Source: a virus
DNA length: 64,000 nucleotides
Reading direction: 5' to 3' (one strand)
Virus record (IMG/VR): IMGVR_UViG_3300044819_000016
Span: 1-64,000 of that record
Shown in pieces: positions 63,499 to 64,000 of the stretch. Numbering within the stretch: position 1 is the stretch's first letter; every line of letters begins with the position of its first letter. Made by a program: the position numbers and the translations under genes. The notes below the pieces were generated by a model. It did not search any database, had not been told where the DNA came from, and saw only the letters and a program-made list of their open reading frames with translations.

Positions 63499-64000
63499 AT
63501 GACCCTTCTCGCAACCAATGAATCCCAGCGCCAGACCGCATTGACCCGTCTCAACCGCTACGTCACGGAGGGACAGGCGCGCGCTGTCTCCGTCATGAAG
63601 CGTATCGAGACGGAGATCCCCTCCGATCATATCGTCAAGGCCGAGGTCGTTTCGTTCGGCCAGCACGACGGAGCTTTTCAGATGATCCTTCCGCGTCCTG
63701 GCTCGCAAGGTGCAATCCGCGGCACGATCCATCGCAATGCGCTCGGACAGATCGTCGAGCGTTGCGGAATGCGCGACATGCGCTACGCCGACCACTTGAT
63801 CTCGACCGACTGGGGCCGAAACGTGCTGGCGAACAACCTCCAGCAAGGGATCCGCAACGGCAATTCTGGCTCCAAGTTCCTGGTACGCGGAAACTCGGGA
63901 CAGGTGCGCGGATTCCTGTCCTCAAAGTTCAGACGCATCGACGCGCGGCCGATCGCGGACACCCTGATCACGGAGGCCAAAGCGGCAGGGGCGATCGTGA
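63499..64000 (+). CDS. DUF932-like protein (runs off the window end)
   Basis: RBS AAAGG; open to the window end; H.NALGQ...FLVR.....VRGFLS.KFRRID pattern. Confidence 0.65.
   Translation, partial: MTLLATNESQRQTALTRLNRYVTEGQARAVSVMKRIETEIPSDHIVKAEVVSFGQHDGAFQMILPRPGSQGAIRGTIHRNALGQIVERCGMRDMRYADHLISTDWGRNVLANNLQQGIRNGNSGSKFLVRGNSGQVRGFLSSKFRRIDARPIADTLITEAKAAGAIV

Overview
This window is one continuous GC-rich (roughly 65-70% by eye) segment of a tailed dsDNA bacteriophage. It is podovirus-like: no tape measure, sheath or tube genes were seen, and no integrase or DNA polymerase lies in the window. Gene order: accessory genes (1-7.8 kb: duplicated Gly-rich cassette, lipoprotein, tRNA-like RNAs, Dam-type methylase, GNAT); terminase, portal, scaffold and major capsid (7.8-16 kb); adaptor, collagen-like and Gly-rich fibres, nozzle and large low-complexity internal virion proteins (16-38 kb); four tandem paralogues and a lysis cassette (38-42.7 kb); two sigma-like factors, RuvC-like resolvase, SF2 helicase, initiator/DnaC/DnaB and a UvsY/SSB/RecA/SbcCD-like recombination block (42.7-62 kb); then an iteron-like array, a heptamer array and sigma70-type early promoters (62-64 kb). 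The strongest unexplained signals are four. (1) A conserved RATC-N4-TGGCC-N5-[start] motif occurs at 8 places in the virion module. It sits directly on SD-less ATGs, is used bidirectionally once, and once precedes an apparent small RNA beside the portal gene. (2) A small gene 11 kb from the capsid gene carries a copy of the capsid C-terminus (32 nt identical). (3) Nine GATC sites cluster inside the replication initiator gene, and the phage encodes its own Dam-type methylase. (4) Several structured or tRNA-like non-coding elements are present. All protein calls come from motif recognition by eye; no database searches were run.
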